Shown in pieces: positions 42,228-51,772 of a DNA stretch of 64,000 bases (position 1 is its first letter; each line of letters opens with the position of its first letter). The stretch is from NCBI GenBank assembly GCA_947475545.1, contig CANJLL010000002.1, positions 237,488-301,487 of the forward strand, given 5' to 3'. A program made the position numbers and the translations under genes. Origin of the DNA: Chloroflexota bacterium (GTDB lineage Bacteria; Chloroflexota; Limnocylindria; Limnocylindrales; CSP1-4). Below the pieces are notes generated by a model. That model was not told where the DNA came from, ran no database searches, and was given only the letters and a program-made list of their open reading frames with translations.

Positions 42228-42914
42228 ATGACCGACGAGACGCCGCCCACGGGCGAGACGCCGCCCACGGGCGAGACGCAACCAGCAGCTGGGTCGCAGC
42301 CCCCGCCGCCCCCCGCCAACTGGCAGGCGCCCGCGCCGGCGCCAGCTCCCGGCCCGGCCGGGTTCGTCTACGGTGACATCCCCAACCGGATCGTTGCACT
42401 GATCATCGACGCAATCATCATCGGGATCGTGGGGGCGATCGTCGGCGCGGTCCTGTCCTCCATCCTTGGGCCCGAGGTCAAGATCCAGGACACGGACAAG
42501 CTCCTCAACAACCTGCTGTCCGGCAACCCAGCGTCGGTGGTCGAGATCAACTACTTCCGGGTGCTGGTCGGCGCCATCGTGAACCTCGGGATCAGCGCGG
42601 CGTACTTCGTGTACGCATGGACCACCATGCGCGCCTCCTTCGGGATGAAGGCGCTCGGCATGCAGGTCGGCAACTTCCCGGACGGCAAGACGCTGACCCA
42701 GAACCAGGCGATCCGCCGCTGGGCGGCGCTCTTCGGCGCCGGCTATGTCGGCCCGCTGCTCGGCCAGGTCCCCGTGATCGGCGGCCTGATCGGCCTGGCC
42801 GGCGTGGCCTACTCGATCTACCTGCTGTACACCACGTACCAGAGCCCCACCAAGCAGGGCTTCCACGACAAGTTCGCGAACACGGTCGTCGTCAAGGCGT
42901 CGCGCACCGCCTAG
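42228..42914 (+). CDS. RDD family membrane protein
   Basis: RIVALIID, SFGMKALGMQV, AIRR, KQGFHDKFANTVVV; Pro-rich N-terminus. Confidence 0.9.
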   Translation: MTDETPPTGETPPTGETQPAAGSQPPPPPANWQAPAPAPAPGPAGFVYGDIPNRIVALIIDAIIIGIVGAIVGAVLSSILGPEVKIQDTDKLLNNLLSGNPASVVEINYFRVLVGAIVNLGISAAYFVYAWTTMRASFGMKALGMQVGNFPDGKTLTQNQAIRRWAALFGAGYVGPLLGQVPVIGGLIGLAGVAYSIYLLYTTYQSPTKQGFHDKFANTVVVKASRTA

Positions 42915-42930
42915 CCTCCCGGGATCACCA

Positions 42931-42964
42931 CGAAACGGCCCCGCCGCGAGGTGGGGCCGTTTCG
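42931..42964. terminator. Bidirectional hairpin with GCGA tetraloop
   Basis: CGAAACGGCCCCGCC-GCGA-GGTGGGGCCGTTTCG between convergent RDD gene and mobA. Confidence 0.75.
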
Positions 42965-42974
42965 ATTCCGCGCC

Positions 42975-43619
42975 CTATCGCTCGCGCTCGAGGTCCGCGG
43001 GCGTGTCGACATCGCGCAGCGTGGCCGCCTCGGGGTCCAGGACGCGCCACTCCACCTCGGGCAGGACGCAGACACGGAGCCGGTCGTACAACGCCCGGAG
43101 GGCACGCGACCCGTCGCCGAGCGCCGCCTCGGCGGCCGGGCCGGCCGTTGCAACACGGAGCGCGGCCGGGATCGTCTGGACGGGACCCGGGCCCGCGAGC
43201 AGGACCACGTCGGCCCCCTGGTCGTCGAGCGCGCGCACCATCGCCGACAGCACGTCGGGGCGGAGCGCGGGCATGTCCCCGGCGACGAACAGCGCCACGC
43301 GCTGGGAGATGGTGGCCAGCGCCGCCGCCAACGCGATCAGTGGACCGCCGTACGGCTCGGGGTCGCGGACCAGACGGACCGGCGTGGCGAGCAGGTCCGC
43401 GGCGGGGAGGCGGGGCGGCGCGCCGTGCGGTCGGATCACCAGCACCAGCTCGTCGACGGCGGGGGCGAGGGAGAGGAGCGCGTGGTGCAGGAGCGGCATG
43501 TCACGCAGGGGCTCCGCCAGCTTGTCGCGGCCGAAGCGCGTGGCACGGCCGCCCGCGAGGACGATGCCGGCGACGGCCACTGTCGCGGGGGGTTCGTGGC
43601 GGGGCTGGGAGATGGTCAC
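42975..43619 (-). CDS. mobA: Molybdenum cofactor guanylyltransferase
   Basis: LAGGRATRFGRDK, GPLIAL, AGDMP, DVDTPADL. Confidence 0.85.
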   Translation of the reverse strand: MTISQPRHEPPATVAVAGIVLAGGRATRFGRDKLAEPLRDMPLLHHALLSLAPAVDELVLVIRPHGAPPRLPAADLLATPVRLVRDPEPYGGPLIALAAALATISQRVALFVAGDMPALRPDVLSAMVRALDDQGADVVLLAGPGPVQTIPAALRVATAGPAAEAALGDGSRALRALYDRLRVCVLPEVEWRVLDPEAATLRDVDTPADLERER

Positions 43620-45616
43620 GGGTGGCCCTCCGTGGCGGCCGACGACGAGACTGGCGCGCGCGGCCCTGGGACATGGCCATCCGGCGTCCGCTGCAGGATG
43701 CCACGCCGGTCGAGGTCCTCGAGAATCGCCAGGACGAATCGTCGGCTGGTCCCGGTGGCGTCACGGAACGCGGCGGGTGAGAGCCTGCCCTGCCGCGCCA
43801 TGGACAGGGCGAGAGCGGCCAGGCGCTGGTAGGCGGGGGCGGCCCAGGCAAGGTCGGCTTCGATGCGGACGATTCGGCCGGCGGCCTCGAGCGCGCGGAG
43901 GCCATCCGGGGGGCAACCCACGGCAAGGGCCACCGCGGCGAGCGCAGGAGGGGCCGGGACCGAGAGTGCGGCCTCCAGGCGGTCCATCGCGGCCAGGAGG
44001 TCCGGCGGTAGGCCCGCAGCGCGGTCAGGGTCGTGCCACCGGTCCCCCTCTCGGACGAGGCGCACCCCGGCAGCGAGGCGGTCCAGCACGTCACCGGCGA
44101 CCGCGGCGGTCACCCGGGCCTCGGCGTCCGACCGCCGCCGCACCTCTGTGGCCAGGGCCCGACGCAGCTCGGCATCCGCGAGCCCCACGCTCAGCGGCAC
44201 CGCCGCATGGTGGGCCGCCACCGCGGCGAGCGCCATCGCGTCCAGCCCGATGGTCACGTCCGGAGCGACGTGTGCCGTGGCTCCCCGGCGCGCGGCGGCA
44301 CCGGGCAGGATCGCGGCCAGGGCCTCGACCCGTTCGCGTGGGAGCACGCCGTGCAGGTCCACCAGCGCGGCGAGGGCATGCTCCGGGTCCCTCGCCGCCA
44401 CCGCGGCGTCGAGGTCGGCCAGCCGCTCCGCCGTGACGCGCCGACGAGCCGGACCGCGCGGCGGGATCGCATCCAGGACCAGGCCGCCGGCAAGCACGAG
44501 CCCGGGGGACGGCCGGCGGAGCACGAACGGGTCCCCGACGATGACGGCGACGGGGGCATCGAGGCGGAGGAGCGCGGTGACCCGGCCGTCGCCCAGGTCC
44601 GCGGCCTCCCGCCCGGAGCGGCCGATCCGGACACCAACCTGGGCGGTTCCGAGGTGGAGGCGCCCGGGAGTGCCGTCGGCCGGCGGCCAGACCCGCTTCG
44701 AAGCTGCCCCGCCGGAGGCGTGGGCCTCGGCGGAGGCGTGACTGCCGCCGGAGGCGTGGGTCCCGCCCAACGTGGTGGGACGCCGGAGCGAGACGAGGAG
44801 CCGGTCGCTCACCTCCACGCCCGGACCGGCGGTGAGCACCTGGCCACGGGCCAGCGCCCCTGCCTCGACCGCCGCCAGGTTGAGTCCGGTCCGACCGGGC
44901 CCCGCCGAACCATCGATCGCCGCGCCGTGAACCTGCACCTCTCGAACCCGGAGGGTTCGGCCCCCCGGCTCCAGGCGAAGCTCGTCCCCGGCGGCCACTC
45001 CATCGCCCCGGAGCGAGCCGGTCGCGATGGTCCCTCGGCCGCGGATGCTGAAGACCCGGTCGATCGCCAGGCGCGTCGGCCCACCGGCCCGCGGCGGTGC
45101 CGCCGCCAGCCGTGCCGCGAGTGCCGCCAGCTCGTCCCGCAGCGCGGCCAGGCCGGTCCCCGCCTCGGCGCTCACGGCAAGTACGGGAACGCCAGCCAGC
45201 AGCGTGCCGCCAAGCAGCGTTCCGACCGCCGCACAGACCGCCGAGAGCCGCGCCTCGTCCACCAGGTCCGCCTTGGTCACCACCGCCAGCCCGGCGTGGA
45301 TCCCCAGGGCATCGAGGAGCTCCAGGTGCTCCAGGGTCTGTGCCCGCGGCCCGTCGTCGGCCGCGACCACCAGCAGCGCGGCGTCGATCTCGCCGGCCCC
45401 GACCAGCATGTTCCCCACCAGGGCGTCGTGACCCGGCACATCCACGAAGTCCAGCGGCATCCCCCCGGGGAGCACCAGGTGGGCGTATCCCACCTCGATC
45501 GTCATGCCGCGCCGTCGCTCCTCGGGGAGTCGGTCCGCGTCGATCCCGGTGAGGGCCCGGAGCAGCGTGGTCTTGCCGTGGTCGATGTGGCCGGCCGTTC
45601 CCACCACGATCGTCAT
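43616..45616 (-). CDS. selB: Selenocysteine-specific elongation factor
   Basis: GTAGHIDHGKT, DRLPEE..RGMTI, DVPGH, TKAD, IDRVF..RGRGT; C-terminal winged helix FRDATGTSRRF...LDRRG. Confidence 0.95.
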   Translation of the reverse strand: MTIVVGTAGHIDHGKTTLLRALTGIDADRLPEERRRGMTIEVGYAHLVLPGGMPLDFVDVPGHDALVGNMLVGAGEIDAALLVVAADDGPRAQTLEHLELLDALGIHAGLAVVTKADLVDEARLSAVCAAVGTLLGGTLLAGVPVLAVSAEAGTGLAALRDELAALAARLAAAPPRAGGPTRLAIDRVFSIRGRGTIATGSLRGDGVAAGDELRLEPGGRTLRVREVQVHGAAIDGSAGPGRTGLNLAAVEAGALARGQVLTAGPGVEVSDRLLVSLRRPTTLGGTHASGGSHASAEAHASGGAASKRVWPPADGTPGRLHLGTAQVGVRIGRSGREAADLGDGRVTALLRLDAPVAVIVGDPFVLRRPSPGLVLAGGLVLDAIPPRGPARRRVTAERLADLDAAVAARDPEHALAALVDLHGVLPRERVEALAAILPGAAARRGATAHVAPDVTIGLDAMALAAVAAHHAAVPLSVGLADAELRRALATEVRRRSDAEARVTAAVAGDVLDRLAAGVRLVREGDRWHDPDRAAGLPPDLLAAMDRLEAALSVPAPPALAAVALAVGCPPDGLRALEAAGRIVRIEADLAWAAPAYQRLAALALSMARQGRLSPAAFRDATGTSRRFVLAILEDLDRRGILQRTPDGHVPGPRAPVSSSAATEGHP

Positions 45617-47151
45617 CCGGCGAGCGCCCTCGCGATCGCCGCCGCCAGGCCCGGATCGGCGGCGGGGTCTACGGTGCGGAGGTCCAGCACGACGGCGCCA
45701 TCGTCGATGCGTGCGATCACGGCCGGTGCTCCGGCGGCCGGTGCACCGGCGGCCGGTGCACCGGCCCGGAGGCGGGCCAGGATGTGCTGAGCCGAGCGGC
45801 CCCGGAGCGCCAGGCCCGCGGACGGGATTCCCTCGCCGGGCAGCGAGCCACCTCCAAGGGTGGCGATCAGGTCAATGGCCTCGATGCTGATCCCCGGCAA
45901 GTTGCCGCGGGGCAACGTGCGGCCCGGCGAGTTGCCGCGGGGCGAGCCGCCGCTGGGCGAATTGCTGCCGGGCGTCCCTGGGTGCGGCCCTGCGAGGTTG
46001 GCCAGAATGTTGCCGGCCTGGGTCTCCACGGCGAGGGCCCGGGCCCGCAGGACATCCAGCGGCGCCGAGACCATGCGCCAGACGGGGATCGCCGTCGTCG
46101 CGAGTCCCGCGCGGTAGAGCCCCAGCGTGGCCGCGATGGCGGCCAGCAGGACCTTGTCCGGCCGGGCGGCGCGCGCCAGGGGATCCTTCCGGAGCCGGGC
46201 CACCAGGTCCGCGCGCCCGACGATGAGTCCGGCCTGCGGCCCGCCCACCAGCTTGTCGCCCGAGAACGTGACCAGGTCCGCGCCGGCGGCGAGCGCGTCG
46301 GCCGGGGTGGGTTCGTGCGGCAGGCCGAACGCCGCGGTATCCAGGAGCGCGCCGCTCCCCAGGTCCTCCACCAGGAGCGCGCCGTGGGCGCGGACGAGCG
46401 CCTCCAGCGCGCGAGCATCGGGCGATTCCACGAAGCCGGACTGGCGGAAGTTGGAGGGGTGAACGCGCAGGACGAAGCCGGCGCGGCCACTGGCCAGGGG
46501 CTCGCTGAAGTCGTCGGCGCGGGTGCGGTTCGTAGTCCCGACCTCGACCAGGCGGGCACCGGCGCGCCGGATGATCTCCGGGATCCGGACACCGCCGCCG
46601 ATCTCCACCAGCTCGCCGCGCGAGACGGCGACGCCCTTGCGGCCCGCCAGCCCGACGGCGAGTGCCACGGCCGTGGCGTTGTTGTTGACGATCAGCGCGT
46701 CCTCCGCCCCGGTCAGCGCGACGAGGTGATCCTCGGCGAGGCGGAACCGCGGGCCGCGCCGGCCCGTGGCGACGTCCAGCTCAAGGAGCGAGTAGGAGGC
46801 GGCCGCGGTCATGGCGGCCTCGATCGCGACGGCGGGCCAGGGCGCGCGGCCCAGGTTGGTGTGGAGGATCACGCCCGTTGCGTTGATGACGCTCAGCAAC
46901 TCGGGCCCGACGAGCCGGCCGAACGCGTCCAGGCGCGCCAGGACGTCGAGCGCCAGCTCATCGATCGGGCGCGGATCGGGCGCGGCCTCGGGCCCGATCT
47001 CGGCCCCAAGCCTTGCCCGCTCGTCCGCGATCACGGCGCGCGCCGCGTCCAGCAGGGCAGCGGGCTCGCGCGGGACGTCGAGCCGCCGTCGCACGAGGAC
47101 CAGCAGCCGCTCCACGCTGGGTGGGCGAGGCGAACCTGCGGGCGAGGCCAT
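45613..47151 (-). CDS. selA: L-seryl-tRNA(Sec) selenium transferase
   Basis: VINATGVILHTNLGRAP, VNNNA, SRGELVEIGG, EVGTTNRT, VHPSNF, DLGSG, FSGDKLVGGPQAG. Confidence 0.96.
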   Translation of the reverse strand: MASPAGSPRPPSVERLLVLVRRRLDVPREPAALLDAARAVIADERARLGAEIGPEAAPDPRPIDELALDVLARLDAFGRLVGPELLSVINATGVILHTNLGRAPWPAVAIEAAMTAAASYSLLELDVATGRRGPRFRLAEDHLVALTGAEDALIVNNNATAVALAVGLAGRKGVAVSRGELVEIGGGVRIPEIIRRAGARLVEVGTTNRTRADDFSEPLASGRAGFVLRVHPSNFRQSGFVESPDARALEALVRAHGALLVEDLGSGALLDTAAFGLPHEPTPADALAAGADLVTFSGDKLVGGPQAGLIVGRADLVARLRKDPLARAARPDKVLLAAIAATLGLYRAGLATTAIPVWRMVSAPLDVLRARALAVETQAGNILANLAGPHPGTPGSNSPSGGSPRGNSPGRTLPRGNLPGISIEAIDLIATLGGGSLPGEGIPSAGLALRGRSAQHILARLRAGAPAAGAPAAGAPAVIARIDDGAVVLDLRTVDPAADPGLAAAIARALAG

Positions 47152-47175
47152 CGACGGGCGTCCTCCGTGAGCACC

Positions 47176-47272
47176 TGGCGGGAGCGCGTGGGAGTCGAAC
47201 CCACCGCGCCGCGCGGGGCGCCGCGCCACTGGTTTTGAAGACCAGGGGGCCCACCGGGACCCCACCACTCCC
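47176..47272 (-). tRNA. selC: tRNA-Sec (UCA)
   Basis: 97 nt: 8-position acceptor, 6-bp D stem with 4-nt loop, anticodon loop CT-TCA-AA, long variable arm, GTGGG-TTCGACT-CCCAC T arm, G73-CCA; directly upstream of selA. Confidence 0.95.
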
Positions 47273-47333
47273 GGACGGATGGTAGCGCGCCGGCCGGGCG
47301 GGGCCGCTGACGACTTCGCCCTATGATCCGGCC

Positions 47334-48449
47334 ATGTTCGAGCCGTCGTCGTCCTCCGCCGTCCCGGCCGCCGTCCAGGTCACGATCCCGCCGGCTCCCA
47401 CGCCCATCGCCGTCCTCCCGGCGTCCGTCCGCCTCACCGAGCTGACCGAGTGCGGCGGCTGTGCCGCAAAGCTGGGCGCGGATCTCCTCGCCGACGCCCT
47501 CAGCGGCCTGGGCGCCGTGCGGGAGCCCGCCGAGCTGATCGCCGGCCTCCAACCGGCCGATGATGCCGCCGCGTACCTGGTCAGCCCCGACCTGGCGATC
47601 ATCGGGACGCTGGACTTCTTCCCGCCGCTCGTGGACGACCCGGCCACGTTCGGGGAGATCGCCGCGGCGAACGCGTTGTCCGACGTCTTCGCGATGGGCG
47701 GGCGGGTGCTGTTCGCGCTGTCCATCGCCGCGTTCCCGGAGGACCTGCCGCGCGACGTGTTGGCCGCGGTCTTCGAGGCGGCGGCGGCTAAGGTCCGCGA
47801 GGCGGGCGGCGTCCTCGCCGGCGGCCACACCATCCGCGACCCGGAACCCAAGTACGGCCTGGCCGTGGTCGGGGCCGCCCACCCGGACCGGCTGCTGCGC
47901 AAGGGCGGCGCGCGGGTCGGCGACCGGCTCCTGCTCACGAAGCGGCTGGGGACGGGGCTGCTCGTCTCCGGAAGCCGGCAGGGCAAGGTGACGGCCACGG
48001 ACCTGGACGGGGCGATCACCCAGATGCGACAGCTGAACCGGGCGGCCTCGGAGGTCCTGGTGGGCGCGGGCGTGCGAGGCGCCACGGACGTGACCGGCTT
48101 CGGCCTGGTGGGCCACGGCCTGGAGATGGCCCGCGCCAGCGCGACCCGGTTCGTCTTCGACGCGTCGACCCTCCCCGCGCTCCCGGGCGCGCTGGCTGCC
48201 GCCGCGAACGGCGTGGAGACCGGCGGCGCGGGCCACAACCGGCGGTTCGCCGAGGGCTCGCTCGAGGTGGCGACCAGTGTCGCGACCGAGCTGATCACGC
48301 TGGCCTTCGACCCGCAGACCAGCGGGGGCCTTCTGGCCGCCGTGGCACCGGAACACGTTGATGCGGTCGATGCCGCTCTCGCCGCGGTCGGTGTGGATCG
48401 GTTCTGGATCGGCTGGGTCGACTCGGGCGACGGGGTGTCGCTTCGCTGA
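47334..48449 (+). CDS. selD: Selenide, water dikinase (Cys-type)
   Basis: CGGCAAK, DDAA, TLDFF, AANALSDVFAMGG, GGHT, TDVTGFGL.GH, DPQTSGGLL. Confidence 0.96.
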   Translation: MFEPSSSSAVPAAVQVTIPPAPTPIAVLPASVRLTELTECGGCAAKLGADLLADALSGLGAVREPAELIAGLQPADDAAAYLVSPDLAIIGTLDFFPPLVDDPATFGEIAAANALSDVFAMGGRVLFALSIAAFPEDLPRDVLAAVFEAAAAKVREAGGVLAGGHTIRDPEPKYGLAVVGAAHPDRLLRKGGARVGDRLLLTKRLGTGLLVSGSRQGKVTATDLDGAITQMRQLNRAASEVLVGAGVRGATDVTGFGLVGHGLEMARASATRFVFDASTLPALPGALAAAANGVETGGAGHNRRFAEGSLEVATSVATELITLAFDPQTSGGLLAAVAPEHVDAVDAALAAVGVDRFWIGWVDSGDGVSLR

Positions 48450-48517
48450 ACGAAACGCCACAGCACGAGCTTGGACCCGTGGACCGGCGGCGACCTGCCG
48501 CCTTGGGCGGCCGAGCT

Positions 48518-49501
48518 TCAGATCCGGCGAGCGGCCCGGAACGATCGAGCGTAGAGACCGGTCCCGTCGAGGACCGAACGGCCAGCCAGGTCGCCCATCG
48601 TCGGGCCGTCGGCGGTCTTCCGGGACGAGATGAATCGGTCGTGACCGGCCGTGTCCCGGCCGAGGAAGATCCCAGTGTGATCAAGCTGGCTACCGTCGTC
48701 GGTCGAGGCGTCGAAGAAGACGAGGTCACCGGCCGCCAGGACGGTGCGCGATGTTGGGGCGACGCCACGATCGGCGATCACGATGATTCCCGGAGCCGAC
48801 GCTGCCTGCTCGAAGGCACGGCGCGGAATCGCACCCGCCACGGGCCGTAGGCTGAGCGCGGCACCACCCCGGTAGCCAAAGACCATCCGGACGAACCCGG
48901 AGCAGTCGAGCGCCAGGAACTGGTCCACCTCGGGCGGATCGAGTGCACCGTCGGGGTAGGCCCAGGTGACACCGAGGTAGTCGCTGAAGTCCGAGCCCTC
49001 CTGGCGGGACCCATCCGTCTGGAGCGGTCCGTAGGAGGCATCGCCGGCAACCTGGACGCCAAACGCGTCGCGCAAGCGTTGGGCACCCGAGATGTACTGG
49101 AAGGCGGTGGCCAGCACGTCTGCCGACTGATCGGCGCGGGCGAGCGCGAGCCATGCCGTGTCGACCGTGCCGCTGAATGCGGCGGGCAGCAACCGCACCC
49201 ACGTCTTCGTGACGACGCGATCAGGTGTCGAAGCCTCGGCGAAGGTCCGCTCCGGACCGGCGAGACCCACGGTGCGCGACCCGTCCGTGAAGGTGGCGAC
49301 CCAGCCGGATCCGTCGCTGACGACCGATCGGCCGGGAGACGAGAGACGGGCGATCCGCAGGCCACCCGCGGTCGGCGGCGCCGTTCGCGATGTCGCGGCG
49401 GACACAACAGCACCGCTTGGGACGATCGTCGAACCACCAGCCATGACTAGCAGAGCGGCCACGACGGCAGCCCGGATTCCAACCCGGATGGATCGGTTCA
49501 T
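48518..49501 (-). CDS. Secreted NlpC/P60-family protein
   Basis: Signal-like N-terminus; LDCSGFVRMVF, GDLVFF, DHTGIFLG. Confidence 0.75.
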   Translation of the reverse strand: MNRSIRVGIRAAVVAALLVMAGGSTIVPSGAVVSAATSRTAPPTAGGLRIARLSSPGRSVVSDGSGWVATFTDGSRTVGLAGPERTFAEASTPDRVVTKTWVRLLPAAFSGTVDTAWLALARADQSADVLATAFQYISGAQRLRDAFGVQVAGDASYGPLQTDGSRQEGSDFSDYLGVTWAYPDGALDPPEVDQFLALDCSGFVRMVFGYRGGAALSLRPVAGAIPRRAFEQAASAPGIIVIADRGVAPTSRTVLAAGDLVFFDASTDDGSQLDHTGIFLGRDTAGHDRFISSRKTADGPTMGDLAGRSVLDGTGLYARSFRAARRI

Positions 49502-49775
49502 CCGGTCAGCGCGACGCGCGACGACACCCATTCCTGATCCCCCGATCGTGATGCCGGGTCTGGGCATCCACCGGCCCACCGTAGCGCCCCCAGGATCGGG
49601 CGGCGATCGGGCTCTGGTCCCTGTCGCGCTTAGCCCGATCGTCCTATGTACCGGCCGCGCACCACACCCGCCCATGGCAATCCCGGCACGCGAGACCGTA
49701 GCGGAAGGACGGCAGGGCATCGGGCGGCCCAGAGGTACACTCGCCGCGTCGTTGTTGCCGTACCGGAGGCCCCCC

Positions 49776-51695
49776 GTGCCGAAGCGCTACGTGAGACTGA
49801 CCCAGCCGCTCGTCCGGGACGGGAAGGGGCAGCCGCTCCGCCCCGCAACCTGGGACGAGGCCCTCGACCGGACCGCCGCCGGCCTCCGTGCGGCCGTCGC
49901 CAGCCAGGTCCCGGGCGGACCCTCCCCCGTCGGCATCTTCAGCTGCAGCAAGGCGACCAACGAGGTCAACTTCGCGACCCAGAAGCTGGCTCGGGTGGCG
50001 CTCGGCAGTAACAACATCGACAGCTGCAACCGCACCTGACACGCGCCATCTGTCGCCGGTCTGGCGACCGTCTTTGGCGCTGGGGGCGGAACGAGCTCAT
50101 ACCGTGAGGTCGAGGAGACCGACCTGATCGTGCTCTGGGGCAGCAACGCCCGGGAGACGCATCCGATCTTCTTCCACCACGTCCTGCGGGCCGTCAACCG
50201 GCCCGCCAATGGCGCGCGCCTGTACGTGGTCGACCCGCGGCGGACCGGCAGCGCGCAGTGGGCGGACGGCTGGCTGGGCCTCGACGTGGGGAGCGATATC
50301 GCGCTGGCCAACGCGATCGGGCGGGAGATCATCGCCGCGGGCCTGGCCAACCTGGAGTTCATCGAGCGGGCGACGACGGGCTTCGACGCCTACCGCGCCA
50401 AGGTGGAGCCCTGGACCCTCGAAGCCGCCGAAGCCGAGACCGGCGTTCCCGCCTCGCTCATCCGCGAGCTCGCGCAGGCCTTCGCGACCGCGCCGCGCGC
50501 GATGATCTGCTGGACCCTGGGGATCACCGAACACCACAACGCCGTCGACAACGTCCTGGCCCTGATCTCCCTGGCGCTCCTGACCGGCCACGTCGGCAAG
50601 TACGGCAGCGGCCTGAACCCGCTGCGCGGCCAGAACAACGTCCAGGGCGGCGGCGACATGGGCGCCCTCCCCGACCGCCTCCCGGGCTTCCAGTTCGTGG
50701 AGAGCGAGGCGCTGCGGGCCCCGTTCGAGGCCGAGTGGGGCGTGCCAGTCCCGGCGCACAAGGGGCTCCACCTATCCCTGATGTTCGACGCGATGGAGCA
50801 AGGTGAGCTCCACGCGGTCCACGTGATCGGCGAGAACCCCGCCCAGTCCGAGGCGGACCAGAAGCGGACGATCCGGCTGCTGGAGGGCCTGGACTTCCTC
50901 GTCGTCCAGGACATGTTCCTGACCAGGACCGCGGAGCTGGCCGACGTGGTCCTGCCGGCCGCCGCCGGCTGGGCCGAATCCGACGGGACGGTCACGAACT
51001 CCGAGCGCCGGGTCCAGCGGGTGCGCAAGGCGCTCGAGCCGCCCGGCGAGGCGCGCGACGACCTGTGGATCCTGTTCGAGCTGGCACGTCGCCTGGGCCA
51101 CGACTGGGGCGAGCCGCACGCCGAGACGGTCTGGAACGAGGTCCGCCGGCTCTCTCCGGTGCACGCGGGGATGTCGTATGCGCGGCTCGAGGCGTTGGGC
51201 GGGCTCCAGTGGCCGTGCTGGGACGATGAGCACCCGGGCGAGCTCTTCCTGCATTCGCGGCTCTGGGAGGACCCAGTGCCAGGTCAGCGGGCGCCGTTCG
51301 TGCCGGTCGACCACAGCCCGCCCATTGACCGCCTCTCCCCGGAGTTCCCGATTCGGCTGACCACCGGCCGGCGCCTGGACGCCTACAACACCGGCGTCCA
51401 GAGCGGCGGATTCTCCTCGCCGCTCGGCCGCGGCGAGACGCTCGACATGTCGCCCGAGGAGATGGACCGGCTGGGGATCGCCGAGGGCGAGCGGGTGCGC
51501 GTGACGTCGCGGCGCGGCCAGGTAGAGGTGTCGGCGCGCGCCGACGAGCGGCTCCGCCCCGGCCTGATGTTCATGACCCTCCACTTCCCCGACGACGTGG
51601 CGACCAACCTGCTGACCAACGATGCCTGGGACCCGAAGTCCGGCACCGCCGAGTTCAAGGCGACGGCGATCCGGGTGGAGCGCCTGGCGACGTAG
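49776..51695 (+). CDS. Selenocysteine-containing formate dehydrogenase catalytic subunit (Sec88), lacking N-terminal Fe-S domain
   Basis: ORFs 49158-50039 and 50130-51695 share a frame joined by TGA 50037-50039 in SCNRT-U-HAPSV, the FDH Mo/W-ligand position; also LRGQNNVQG, TNSERRVQ; GGAGG SD and GTG start; SECIS follows. Confidence 0.93.
50043..50080 (+). promoter_or_regulatory. Bacterial SECIS element
   Basis: GCGCCA..GTCGCC-GGTCT-GGCGAC..TGGCGC; upper stem starts 12 nt after UGA with a G-containing apical loop. Confidence 0.85.
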
Positions 51696-51772
51696 GGCAC
51701 TCTGCGCGGTTCGGTGCCCATTGTCCTGCGACCCATGCCCCTCGCGCACCCGCGCCTGTAGCATCGCCCGCC

